Below, in pieces: positions 12,001-21,859 of a DNA stretch of 64,000 nucleotides (the stretch's first letter is position 1; each line of letters starts with the position of its first letter). Origin of the DNA: Macrostomum lignano (taxonomy: Eukaryota); the NCBI GenBank assembly GCA_002269645.1, contig NIVC01000074.1, forward strand, positions 1-64,000. Direction: 5' to 3'. The notes under the pieces were generated by a model. It ran no database searches. It saw nothing but the letters and a program-made list of their open reading frames with translations, and was not told where the DNA came from. A program made the position numbers and the translations under genes.

Positions 12001-14154
12001 CTGACATCCAGAATCCTTCAGTCTGACATCCTGGATCTCTTTAGTCTGACATCCCAAATCCTTCAGTCTGACATCCCGAATCCTTCAGTCTGACATCCCG
12101 AATCTTTCAGTCTGACATCCCGAATCCTTCAGTTTGACATCCCGAGTCTCTTCAGTCTGACATCCCGAATCCTTCAGTCTGACATCCCGAGTCTCTTCAG
12201 TCTGGCATCCAGAATCCTTCAGTCTGACTTCCCGAGTCTCTTCAGTCTGACATCCCGAATCCTTCAGTCTGACATCCCGAATCCTTCAGTCTGACATCCA
12301 GAGTCTCTTCAGTCTGACATCCCGAATCTCTTAAGTCTGACATCCCGAATCTCTTCAGTCTGACATCCCGAATCTCTTCAGTCTGACATCCCGAATCTTT
12401 TCGGTCTGACACCCCGAATCTTCTCGGTCTGACACCCCGAATCTTCTCGGTCTGACACCCCGAATCTTCTCGGTCTGACACCCCGAATCCTTTGGTCTGG
12501 CACACCAAATCTGTCGGTCTTACTTTTATGCCTGCCAACCGATTGTCTCCCACAGTTTCAATTCTCCAAGGCCTGAAAATCGATAAAAAAATAGTTGTAA
12601 CTCCTCCCCCAGGATCTGCTGCCCTACTGCTTTCGCTGCACCACAACCAATCCGATGCTCAATGCCGCCGGGAATCGTTGCGTTCGATGCAAGCAGCCGT
12701 TCATTTTTTCGTTCGTGTCGTTCGGTGAGCCGGCGATTCTAGTTTATTGTTGAAAACTTGTACATGGACGTGCATAAAATTAGGATTAGCAGCTTGATGG
12801 TGTAGACAGGTTTTTTGAGCTGGTCACGTCCGTGTGATTGGGGGGGGGGTCACATTGGTCTGGTTGAGGGGTCACATTGGTCTGGTTGGGGGTCACATTG
12901 ATCTGGTTGGGGGTCACATTGGTCTGGTTGGGGGGTCACATTGGTCTGGTTGGGGGTCACATTGATCTGGTTGGGGGTCACATTGGTCTGGTTTGGTGGG
13001 GGGTGACATAGGCTTGGTTGGGAGGTCACATATTGGTCTGGTTGGGGGTCACATTGGTCAGATTGGGGGGTCACATTGGTCTGGTTGGGAAGGGGGTCAC
13101 ATTGGTCTGATTGGGGGATCAAATTGGTCTGGGTGGGGGGGGGGTCACATCGGTCTGGTTGGGAAGGGGGTCACATTGGTCTGCTTGAAACGGTCACATC
13201 AACCATCTTCAAGGGCACATCGCTAGGCTCAGACGTACATATTCTCACATTCCTCTCCGCCAGACGCTCTGCCACTCGTGGAATTCTTTCTCGAACGCGA
13301 CATCACGGACGACGAGGCCATGGAGCTGATCGAATACGACCCGGCGCCGAAGTCCAAGCAGCAGCAGCAAGGACCGAAAGAGCGCCGAGGCACGGAGACC
13401 GCCTCCAGCCAGTACCAGTCGCTGCGACTCGACGAAGGCTTCGACGAGATGATGATGAACGGCAACGGCGGCGACAACGGCGACGATCCGTTCACCCGGC
13501 GGCTGATGAACTTTGACCCGGATTCGGACGAGTTTTCCCGAGTCTACGTGGACAGGGAGACGCTTAAATCCATTCCTAGCAACGAAGTTGTGGTACTGAA
13601 ATGGCCCACCCCGATGCGCTGCCAGTACTTCAAGTCGATGCTGCCAGACTACAGTACCAGCGTGTGCCACTCGTGCAACAAGGTGAAGCCGCTTTTGAGG
13701 GTTGAATAAGTGCGCTGTGTGTACATTGGGGGTAGAGAGCTGAATCAGTGCGCTGTGTGTACATTGGAGGGGTAGAGAGTTGAATCAGTGCGCTGTGTGC
13801 ACATTGGAGGGGTAGAGAGTTGAATCAGTGCGCTGTGTGTACATTGGGGGTAGAGAGCTGAATCAGTGCGCTGTGTGTACATTGGAGGGGTAGAGAGTTG
13901 AATCAGTGCGCTGTGTGCACATTGGAGGGGTAGAGAGTTGAATCAGTGCGCTGTGTGTACATTGGAGGGGTAGAGAGTTGAATCAGTGCGCTGTGTGTAC
14001 ATTGGAGGGGTAGAGAGTAAAGTAATTAAATTACCAAGTATTTAAAAGATATCCTCGTATTTTATGACAATCGCAGATCTTCAGCACAGACGACTTTGAG
14101 TTCACGTTTGTCCAGCGCGGCTGCTGCCCATTCTGCAGGAAGTCGAAGAACTGA
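2999..14154 (+). CDS. IFT122: Intraflagellar transport protein 122 (IFT-A core, WD40 + TPR-like + C-terminal Zn ribbon); whole spliced gene, 15 exons, ~1205 aa
   Basis: Exons 2999-3057, 3280-3516, 3607-3817, 4373-4452, 4585-4660, 4958-5285, 5870-6072, 7182-7877, 8574-8902, 9326-9647, 10231-10479, 10856-11074, 12613-12724, 13264-13682, 14077-14154. All introns are GT-AG with matching phases; summed length 3618 nt. The translation follows the IFT122 sequence throughout ([69 protein letters not shown]-like, CFRC..C..C, GCCPFCR*). Confidence 0.96.
3280..3516 (+). CDS. IFT122: IFT122 exon 2
   Basis: tttttag acceptor, gtgagt donor; [10 protein letters not shown]...GILKYS. Confidence 0.93.
3607..3817 (+). 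CDS. IFT122: IFT122 exon 3
   Basis: ttgcag / gtgagg; [12 protein letters not shown]...SIRSK. Confidence 0.93.
4373..4452 (+). CDS. IFT122: IFT122 exon 4
   Basis: cacag / gtgagc; [26 protein letters not shown]. Confidence 0.9.
4585..4660 (+). CDS. IFT122: IFT122 exon 5
   Basis: ttttacag / gtaaga; [13 protein letters not shown]. Confidence 0.9.
4958..5285 (+). CDS. IFT122: IFT122 exon 6
   Basis: gttcag / gtgagc; [10 protein letters not shown]...VQHLLSEDK. Confidence 0.9.
5400..5822 (+). repeat. Minisatellite, ~31-35-bp unit GGGACTGGAGGTGTCAGGTGAGTCAGTAGGATATT (IFT122 intron 6)
   Basis: ~12 tandem units. Confidence 0.95.
5870..6072 (+). CDS. IFT122: IFT122 exon 7
   Basis: ttgcag / gtaaat; [23 protein letters not shown]...HLMVCQ. 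Confidence 0.93.
6115..7150 (-). repeat. Same minisatellite in inverted orientation (IFT122 intron 7)
   Basis: Unit CCTACTGACTCACCTGACACCTCCAGTCCCAATAT, ~30 copies. Confidence 0.95.
7182..7877 (+). CDS. IFT122: IFT122 exon 8
   Basis: ggcag / gtgagc; [11 protein letters not shown]...QLIYQIK. Confidence 0.93.
7910..8537. repeat. Two abutting AGAGTGACAA-containing arrays (~23-bp, then 26-bp GAGACCAGAGTGACAATGGAAATAAG; IFT122 intron 8)
   Basis: Tandem units visible. Confidence 0.93.
8574..8902 (+). CDS. IFT122: IFT122 exon 9
   Basis: ggcag / gtaaga; ERQRRGES...HGWTE. Confidence 0.93.
8920..9295. repeat. ~28-31-bp array ATAGCGCCAATCTATAAAATTGTCAAAT (IFT122 intron 9)
   Basis: ~13 units. Confidence 0.93.
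9326..9647 (+). CDS. IFT122: IFT122 exon 10
   Basis: cctag / gtgcgt; [10 protein letters not shown]...AVRVLQ. Confidence 0.92.
9657..10150. repeat. 13-bp G-rich array GGGGGCGATTCTT (IFT122 intron 10)
   Basis: Tandem units, degenerate at the 3' end. Confidence 0.93.
10231..10479 (+). CDS. IFT122: IFT122 exon 11
   Basis: cgcag / gtgaga; [20 protein letters not shown]...ARYL. Confidence 0.92.
10495..10780. repeat. Degenerate ~27-bp array GCGATGAGTCATCG.TTGTACTTTA (IFT122 intron 11)
   Basis: ~9 diverged units. Confidence 0.85.
10856..11074 (+). CDS. IFT122: IFT122 exon 12
   Basis: tccag / gtgatg; VHKL...SKPFHDVE. Confidence 0.92.
11135..12500. repeat. 22-23-bp array CAGTCTGACATCCCGAATCCTT (IFT122 intron 12)
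   Basis: ~60 units. Confidence 0.96.
12613..12724 (+). CDS. IFT122: IFT122 exon 13
   Basis: ccccag / gtgagc; [16 protein letters not shown]...[11 protein letters not shown]. Confidence 0.92.
12838..13200. repeat. ~21-bp G-rich array GGGGGTCACATTGGTCTGGTT (IFT122 intron 13)
   Basis: ~16 units. Confidence 0.93.
13264..13682 (+). CDS. IFT122: IFT122 exon 14
   Basis: gccag / gtgaag; [12 protein letters not shown]...CHSCNK. Confidence 0.92.
13705..14018. repeat. 38-40-bp array GAATCAGTGCGCTGTGTGTACATTGGAGGGGTAGAGAGTT (IFT122 intron 14)
   Basis: ~8 units. Confidence 0.94.
14077..14154 (+). CDS. IFT122: IFT122 exon 15 (terminal)
   Basis: tcgcag; [28 protein letters not shown]. Confidence 0.92.
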   Translation: MFSTDDFEFTFVQRGCCPFCRKSKN

Positions 14155-14869
14155 ACTGAGCTAAGCTGGAGTAAACTAAAAAAAACTCACTCAGCAAAAA
14201 CTTTTCTAAACAAGAACTGAACTACTTTCTCTGTGTTGTGTTTTATTCTTTTTTCGATAATCTTTCGTTACAAACTAAAAAAATTATTTGTGACAAAAAA
14301 ATGCTTTACGTCTATAAATGCTTCTGTGCATTATTTAAATGTTTTGCCTTCAAATGGCGGCTAATGTTAAACAAATCTGGTGACATAAGAATAGTATTTA
14401 AATAATCATCTGAAAAGATGGGTTTACTAATAGTAGTGCTATAGCTAGTTGTTGGATAGAATTGTTTAGGCGAAATCTAGTGTGAATTTGTAAGAATTTC
14501 TACCGAGAGTGAGAATTTTGTGGCATGAAGTACACCGCTGTCTCTTCGCTTCGCAAATGCTAACCTAAAGTCAATGGCGTTACTAATATTAAACTATTAA
14601 TTAATAATTTTATTAAGTTGATCTTTCCTGCTCACTTTTTCATGATCGTCTGTGACTGTTATTTTGAAGGTTGTTTGTCTTTTTATTGATTACTGATCAG
14701 ATAATTACTGTACCCTAGCAACAGGGCAAGTGAAACAGCAAACATGAAACTTCTTTGCCAGATAAATTGTCTTTTATAATATTGTCTTAGTTTTAGTTTT
14801 AGTTTTAGTTTGTGAGCAATCTGGTTCAGAAGACAGATAACAAATAGTTTAATGAGTGACAAAATCAAC

Positions 14870-16200
14870 TGAATCACAGTGACAGAATCAGCTCAATCAG
14901 AGTGACAGAATCAGCTCAATCAGAGTGACAGAATTAACTCAATCAGAGTGACAGAATCAACTCAATCAGAGTGACAGAATCAGCTCAATCAGAGTGACAG
15001 AATCAACTCAATCAGAGTGACAGAATCAGCTCAATCAGAGTGACAGAATCAACTCAATCACAGTGACAGAATCAGCTCAATCAGAGTGACAGAATCAACT
15101 CAATCAGAGTGACAGAATCAACTCAATCAGAGTGACAGAATCAACTCAATCAGAGTGACAGAATCAGCTCAATCACATTGACAGAATCAACTCAATCAGA
15201 GTGACAGAATCAGCTCAATCACATTGACAGAATCAACTCAATCAGAGTGACAGAATCAGCTCAATCAGAGTGACAGAATCAACTCAATCAGAGTGACAGA
15301 ATCAGCTCAATCAGAGTGACAGAATCAGCTCAATCAGAGTGACAGAATCAACTCAATCACAGTGACAGAATCAACTCAATCAGAGTGACAGAATCAACTC
15401 AATCAGAGTGACAGAATCATCTCAATCAGAGTGACAGAATCAACTCAATCACAGTGACAGAATCAGCTCAATCAGAGTGACAGAATCAACTCAATCAGAG
15501 TGACAGAATCAGCTCAATCAGAGTGACAGAATCAGCTCAATCAGAGTGACAGAATCAGCTCAATCAGAGTGACAGAATCAACTCAATCACAGTGACAGAA
15601 TCAACTCAATCAGAGTGACAGAATCAACTCAATCAGAGTGACAGAATTAACTCAATAACAGTGACAGAATCAGCTCAATCAGAGTGACAGAATCAGCTCA
15701 ATCAGAGTGACAGAATCAACTCAATCACAGTGACAGAATCAACTCAATCAGAGTGACAGAATCAACTCAATCAGAGTGACAGAATCAACTCAATCAGAGT
15801 GACAGAATAAACTGGAGGAAAGTGACAAAATTAATTTAATAATGATTAAAATTTTAAATGAGAGTGACACGTGGCTAAATGGGAGGGACAGAATGCTTTG
15901 AGTGACAGAATGCTTAGAGAGTGACAGATTGTTTAAGAGTGACAGATTGCTAAATTAGAGTGACAGAATGCCAAATAAGAGTGACAGGGGCTAAATGAGA
16001 GTGCCAGAATGCTTTGAGTGACAGAATGTCAAATAAGAGTGACAAAATGCTTTGAGAGTGACAGATTCCTAAATCAGAGTGACAGAATGTTAAACAAGAG
16101 TGACAAGATGGCTAAATGAGAGTGAAAAAGAATGCTAAATTAAACTGACAGAATAATAAATGAGAGTGACAGAATGCTAAATGAGAGTGACAGATGGCTG
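14870..16200. repeat. 23-bp array GACAGAATCAGCTCAATCAGAGT, homogeneous to ~15810, then a degenerate tail
   Basis: ~40 clean units plus diverged AGAGTGACA units. Confidence 0.95.
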
Positions 16201-16749
16201 CTTATATGTCAAGAGTGACTATCAAGAATGCCAACACTGAAACGGCAAGTAAGTATAGCAACACGAAAACCCGGAAAAATTAGGTCATAGAGTTAGAAAA
16301 GTTCTACAGGAAAACTTCTATTCTAAATGCTACTATTTTAGTGTACACAGCATGTACTATACTTTAATAACTTGTTTTGTGTTTAGGCGCCGATGTTCTC
16401 ACGAAATGATAATTTTTCTTTTATTATGGCTTCCTCTTTAAAAAGGCAACAAATACCTAAAGATCACAAGTATCCTTTTTGACTGAAAAAAAGCAAATCT
16501 TTTTATACAGTAAACAGAAGAAAAAAGTTTAAAAAAATAATTTGTTGACAAAAACATCCGAAATTTTACATCAATATTAAGGACAGTGGGTTTAATGTCA
16601 TTTTCAGGCAGCCTTCCATGCGTTCCAGCGTTACGGAGCCAGCCATGCGCCAGTAACAGAGTTGACTGACTATTAGCGACTCGCCGAAATCCAGAAAATA
16701 TTTTATTAAAAAGCTTGCCATTATATAAGCAAAAAATATGCGTGTAGAG

Positions 16750-17255
16750 AGAGACACCAGAGACACATCAGAGAGGTACAAAAGAGACACCAGAGGGAAA
16801 CCAGAAACACCAGAGACAGTACCAGACACAAGAGACATAAGAGACACCAGAGAGATACCAGACACCAGAGTTACACCTAAGACACACCAGAGACACACTA
16901 GAGACACACCATAGACACACTAGAGACACACCAGAGACACACCAGAGACACACCAGAGACACAAGAGACACACCAGAGACACACTAGAGACACACCATAG
17001 ACACACTAGAGACACACCAGAGACACACCAGAGACACAAGAGACACACCAGAGACACAAGAAACACACCATAGACACACCAGAGACACAATAGAGACACA
17101 CCATAGACACACTAGAGACACACCATAGACACACAAGAGACACAAGAGACACACCAGAGACACAAGAAACACACCATAGACACACCAGAGACACACTAGA
17201 GACACACCATAGACACACCAGAGACACACCAGAGACACACCAGAGACACCAGGCA
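16750..17255. repeat. 9-11-bp array AGAGACACACC
   Basis: Tandem units. Confidence 0.92.
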
Positions 17256-17262
17256 CAGACAA

Positions 17263-17310
17263 TCAAGCCTCGAACATTTGCAGGCTGAGAACTGAACCGC
17301 ATGGCTTATC
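17263..17310 (-). CDS. Uncharacterised gene, tentative last exon (DKPCGSVLSLQMFEA*)
   Basis: aacgcaccag acceptor after a 66-nt intron, phase 0. Confidence 0.4.
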   Translation of the reverse strand, partial: DKPCGSVLSLQMFEA

Positions 17311-20300
17311 CTGGTGCGTTAAACAAGTCCGCATCAATCAGCGAGCAGCCGATGCCTAGAGCTCCAGCCGGCTCACCCGGTCAGCATCCTCAGCATCTCC
17401 GGCGGCAGCTTCATCGGCGGTGCCGCCAGCCGAAGCGACCAAGTCAGAAGCCTGCAAGCCTTTCGACAGCCTCTTCAACGATCGAATATAACTCGACGAC
17501 AAGTACACCAGCTTCAGCGAGTTGGGATCAAGGTTGTGCATGGAGACCAGCATCACGCTGCGGCTTAGCAGCTCCATCAGCGACATCACGTCGGCCAGAG
17601 TGGCCGACACTTCAGTCGCAACCCCGGCGCCGGCAGTCTGAGGCGCGGCTTTAGCGCCGCCGCCAGTTGCAGCCGATTGAATGTCGCGCAACGACTTCAG
17701 CACCGGGTCGACGCTGCGCTGAACCAAATCCAGCACAGTGGCCCGGAGCCGCTGCAACTTGGCTAAGCAGGGATCGGCAGGCTGGCTGTCGCTGAATAAC
17801 AACGGCACCCGACTGTCCAGACCGACTGGCTGCCGAGCCGATTCGCCCGCTGCCGACACTGCCGCCGCCGCAGCCAAAGCTGTCGTCGATGATTCTTTTG
17901 TCGCCGACGCAGCTTCGTTGACAGCAGCCTCTCTGCCGATGTTGCTCCGAGGATAATCGACGGTCGACGATGCCGCCCCCGACGCCGCCGCTGTTGTTGT
18001 TGCTGTTGGTCGCGAAGCCAGCTCCTTCTTCTGATTGAAGTTTTCGTGTTGCTTTTGCTGTTGCTGCAGATGCTCTTCAGCAACAGCCGACTGCTCATCC
18101 TGTTGCGTATGTCGTTGTCTTGGTGAAAATTTCTTGCTTAGAGAGGCTCGAATCCGGCTGCCGAAACCGCCTTTGCTGTTGCTGCCGCTGCCGCCCGCGA
18201 CGCTCTCTGATCGGTGCTGCTGCTGGGGGAGACATTTGGCTAGTCATGTAGTCATAAATTGGGATCATTCACAGACTGAATTGGGATCATTCACAGACTG
18301 AATTGGGATCATTCACAGACTGAATTGGGATCATTCACAGACTGAATTGGGATCATTCACAGACTGAATTGGGATCATTCACAGACTGAATTGGGATCAT
18401 TCACAGACTGAATTGGGATCATTCACAGACGAATTAGGATGATTCACAAATAGCTGGAATAATTTACGATTAGCTGGGATGTTTCACAAATAGCTGGGAT
18501 GATTCACAAAACATCAGGGGTGATTCACAAATCATCGGGGGTGATTCACAAATCATCGGGGGTGATTCACAAATCATGGGAATGATTCACAAAAAGGCGA
18601 GATGATTCACAAAAAGGCGAGATGATTCACAAATCATCGGGATGATTCACAAATCATCGGGATGATTCACAAATCATCGGGATGATTCACAAATCATCGG
18701 GATGATTCACAAATCATCGGGATGATTCACAAATCATCGGGATCATTCACAAATCATCGGGATGATTCACAAATCATCGGAATGATTCACAAAATATCGG
18801 GTATATTCACAAAACATCGGGGGTGATTCACAAATCATGGGAATGATTCACAAAATATCGGGTATATTCACAAAACATCGGGGGTGATTCACAAATCATC
18901 GGGGGTGATTCACAAATCATGGGAATGATTCACAAAAAGGCGAGATGATTCACAAAATATCGGGTATATTCACAAAACATCGGGGGTGATTCACAAATCA
19001 TCGGGGGTGATTCACAAATCATGGGAATGATTCACAAAAAGGCGAGATGATTTACAAATCATCGGAATGATTCACAAATCATCGGGATGATTCACAAATC
19101 ATCGGGATGATTCACAACTCTTCGGGATGATTCACAAATCATCGGGATGATTCACAAATCATCGGAATGATTCACAAATCATCGGAATGATTCACAAATC
19201 ATCGGAATGATTCACAAATCATCGGGATGATTCACAAATCATCGGGATGATTCACAAATCATCGGGATGATTCACAAATCATCGGGATGATTCAGAAATC
19301 ATCGGGATGATTTACAAATCATCGGGATGATTCACAAATCATCGGGATGATTCACAAATCATCGGGATGATTCACAAATCATCGGGATGATTCACAAATC
19401 ATCGGGATGATTCACAAATCATCGGGATGATTCACAAATCATCGGGATGATTCACAAATCATCGGGATGATTCACAAATCATCGGGATGATTCACAAATC
19501 ATCGGGGATATATTTACCTTACTCTTCGAATGATGATGCCTAGACTTAGACTTCTCTTTTCGCTCTTTTTTAGATGCCCTTGACTCAGGTTGGTGTTGCC
19601 GCTGCTGCTGCTGATGCTGCTGTATTTGCGGCAGCGGTGGCAGAGGTCGCGGAGGCGGCGGCAGCTGAACCCGCTGCTGCTGCTGCTGAAGTCCCTGCTC
19701 CCTGCGCCGATTGCTCATTGACCGTCTCAACGGGCTGGGCAAAATCAGCGACGAAGAAGCGACGGGATTATTGGGAGATTTCTCCTCAGGAGTGTCGTCG
19801 CCCTGATAGATTGCGGCGGCAGTGCTGCGAGAGGCCACCAGCGACAGCTGCCTGGTGGGGGGCGGCGGCGGCGGCGGCGGCGGCTGCTGCTGACTTTTGA
19901 AGTCCAGCGGAGCAGCGCCACTGTAATATTCGGATATCAAGGAGCTCAACCGCTGCGAGATGCTGAGGAAATTGGTGTACACGGACTCGATGCTGGGCCC
20001 GCCGCCGAGGCCGCTGTCGACCTGCTTCGGCATCGCTGCGAAGCTCCTGGAAGCAGCGCCGACGGCATCGGCGGCGGCGGCGGCATGTGACGATCGAGAC
20101 GACTCGGACTCGGAATCAGTCGATGAAGATGAGGAGGCTGAACCGGCCGAGCTGCCGTCTCGGGTGTTGGACAGAGACGACGATGTGCGCGACGAAAATG
20201 ACGTTGGAGAATGGCGTCGGCGATGATAGCGTCGGCGGCGATGATGCCGACGGCGATGATGCCGGTTGCCATGGCGACAGGGCGACGCGGCGGCGGAATG

Positions 20301-21552
20301 TGGTCGGGCTAAGATTAAAATTCAGTGGGTGGACTGGCTGTGAGGATTCTGGCTGTAAGGATTCTGGCTGTGAGGATTCTGGCTGTGAGGATTCTGGCTG
20401 TGAGGATTCTGGTTGTGAGGATTCTGGTTGTGAGGATTCTGGCTGTGAGGATTCTGGTTGTGAGGATTCTGATGGTGAGGATTCTGATGGTGAGGATTCT
20501 GTTTGTGAGGATTCTGGTTGTGAGGATTCTGGTTGTGAGGATTCTGATTGTGAGGATTCTGATGGTGAGGATTCTAATGGTGAGGATTCTGGTTGTGACG
20601 ATTCTGGTTGTGAGGATTCTGATGGTGAGGCTTCTGGCTGTGAGGATTCTGGCTGTGAGGATTCTGATTGTGAGGATTCTGATGGTGAGGATTCTGTTTG
20701 TGAGGATTCAGGTTGTGAGGATTCAGGTTGTGAGGATTCTGGTTGTGAGGATTCTGGTTGTGAGGATTCTGGTTGTGAGGATTCTGGTTGTGAGGATTCT
20801 GGTTGTGAGGATTCAGGTTGTGAGGATTCTAATTGTGAGGATTCAGGTTGTGAGGATTCTGGTTGTGAGGATTCTGGTTGTGAGGATTCTGGTTGTGAGG
20901 ATTCTGGTTGCGACGAACCTGCTTGAATATTGCTGGCATTGTCTCCGACTTCTTGGTCCTGCCGCAGTTCCGCATTGTTAACGTTGACCTCTTCACGTTG
21001 CTCAGCTCGACCATCGCCGCCATTCAACTGCGAATGCCTTCGCAGCTGTTGAATGTCCGTCAGCTGCTGGTTCAACCAGTCGATCTCCGAGGAGGTGACG
21101 ACTGTGGCAACGGAAGCCGCCGCGTCTCCGGTGGCGGTTGCCATGGAAACGGAGCCTGGTGAGACAATCCTCGACGATGACGGATCGGAGTGCTCGTGCG
21201 CGAACCTGTGAAGCTGCTGCTGCTGCTGATGATGAGGCTGATATCGAAGCTGACTTGGCGAGGGCAACATTCTCGTCGAATGCCTGGGCGTTGGGGTTGA
21301 GGCGGCTGAAGGCAAGACGCTGCACTGATGCTGGTGCTGATGAGGCGCTAGAAAAAAAACAATCAATTAGGTGTGAGTTGATATTGATGGCTAAAGCAAC
21401 AGGCCTTCCAAAAAAGTTTTAATATTACCCAGCCAATCGACCTCACCTGGTGACTGTCCCACAACTGGATTATTAGAATAGCGGACCTCATCCCACCATG
21501 GATGATGAGCCGAAGTGCCCGCCGAGCTGCCCTGCTTGTCAACAAAGTCCAT
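17263..21552 (-). CDS. Uncharacterised low-complexity protein (~739 aa) with poly-Q/P/A/S and His/Arg tracts and a predicted alpha-helical C-terminal region; whole spliced gene
   Basis: Minus-strand exons 21552-21447, 21347-20919, 20308-19518, 18222-17377 and a tentative terminal exon 17310-17263. Phases 1/1/0/0 are consistent. The model links ORF-track fragments 20116..21366, 19479..20033 and 17356..17877 into one frame. No family recognised. Confidence 0.72.
17377..18222 (-). CDS. Uncharacterised gene exon 4
   Basis: ctcccccag acceptor (NAGNAGNAG); 282 open codons; donor CGG|gtgagc (or read-through to TAG at 17356). Confidence 0.72.
18275..19505. repeat. 22-bp GAATTGGGATCATTCACAGACT array grading into a 20-bp ATCGGGATGATTCACAAATC array (intron 3 of the uncharacterised gene)
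   Basis: Related units sharing GGGAT.ATTCAC. Confidence 0.95.
19518..20308 (-). CDS. Uncharacterised gene exon 3
   Basis: ttttaatcttag acceptor; donor AAG|gtaaat; Arg/His tract, poly-P/Q, ends HHHSKSK. Confidence 0.75.
20335..20910. repeat. 15-bp array GAGGATTCTGGTTGT (intron 2 of the uncharacterised gene)
   Basis: ~38 units. Confidence 0.95.
20919..21347 (-). CDS. Uncharacterised gene exon 2
   Basis: ttttttttctag acceptor; donor GCAG|gttcgt; PHQHQHQC...SNIQA. Confidence 0.72.
21447..21552 (-). CDS. Uncharacterised gene exon 1 (MDFVDKQGSSAG...GQSP)
   Basis: ATG at 21552, donor CCAG|gtgagg, phase 1. Confidence 0.65.
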
Positions 21553-21859
21553 AATTGCTGCCGCTCTGGCTCAAAGCTTACAAAAATTGTCCTATTTGGC
21601 TACCTGTGCTCCAGAGCCGATGTAACCTTTGCAAGTGACAAGTTTATATCAACATTATCGGGCTAGTGAGGAATTATTTTATATAGAAGAAAAGCTTTTT
21701 TAGTTCTTCAAGTTTAATCAAAGCAGGATTTCGCTGCTATCTTTGCCATAGACGTTTAAGCCTATAAAAGAATTCTTTTATTGATATATAGTTCGTAGTA
21801 CACTGCTCTGTAATTATAATACATTTAATAATTGCAGATCTACTATGCAAACAACCCTG

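Noticed and set aside
16566-16907. Minus-strand ORF as a further coding exon of the uncharacterised gene
   Set aside because: Half of it is repeat-derived, and the upstream model already ends at a stop (17263 or 17356)
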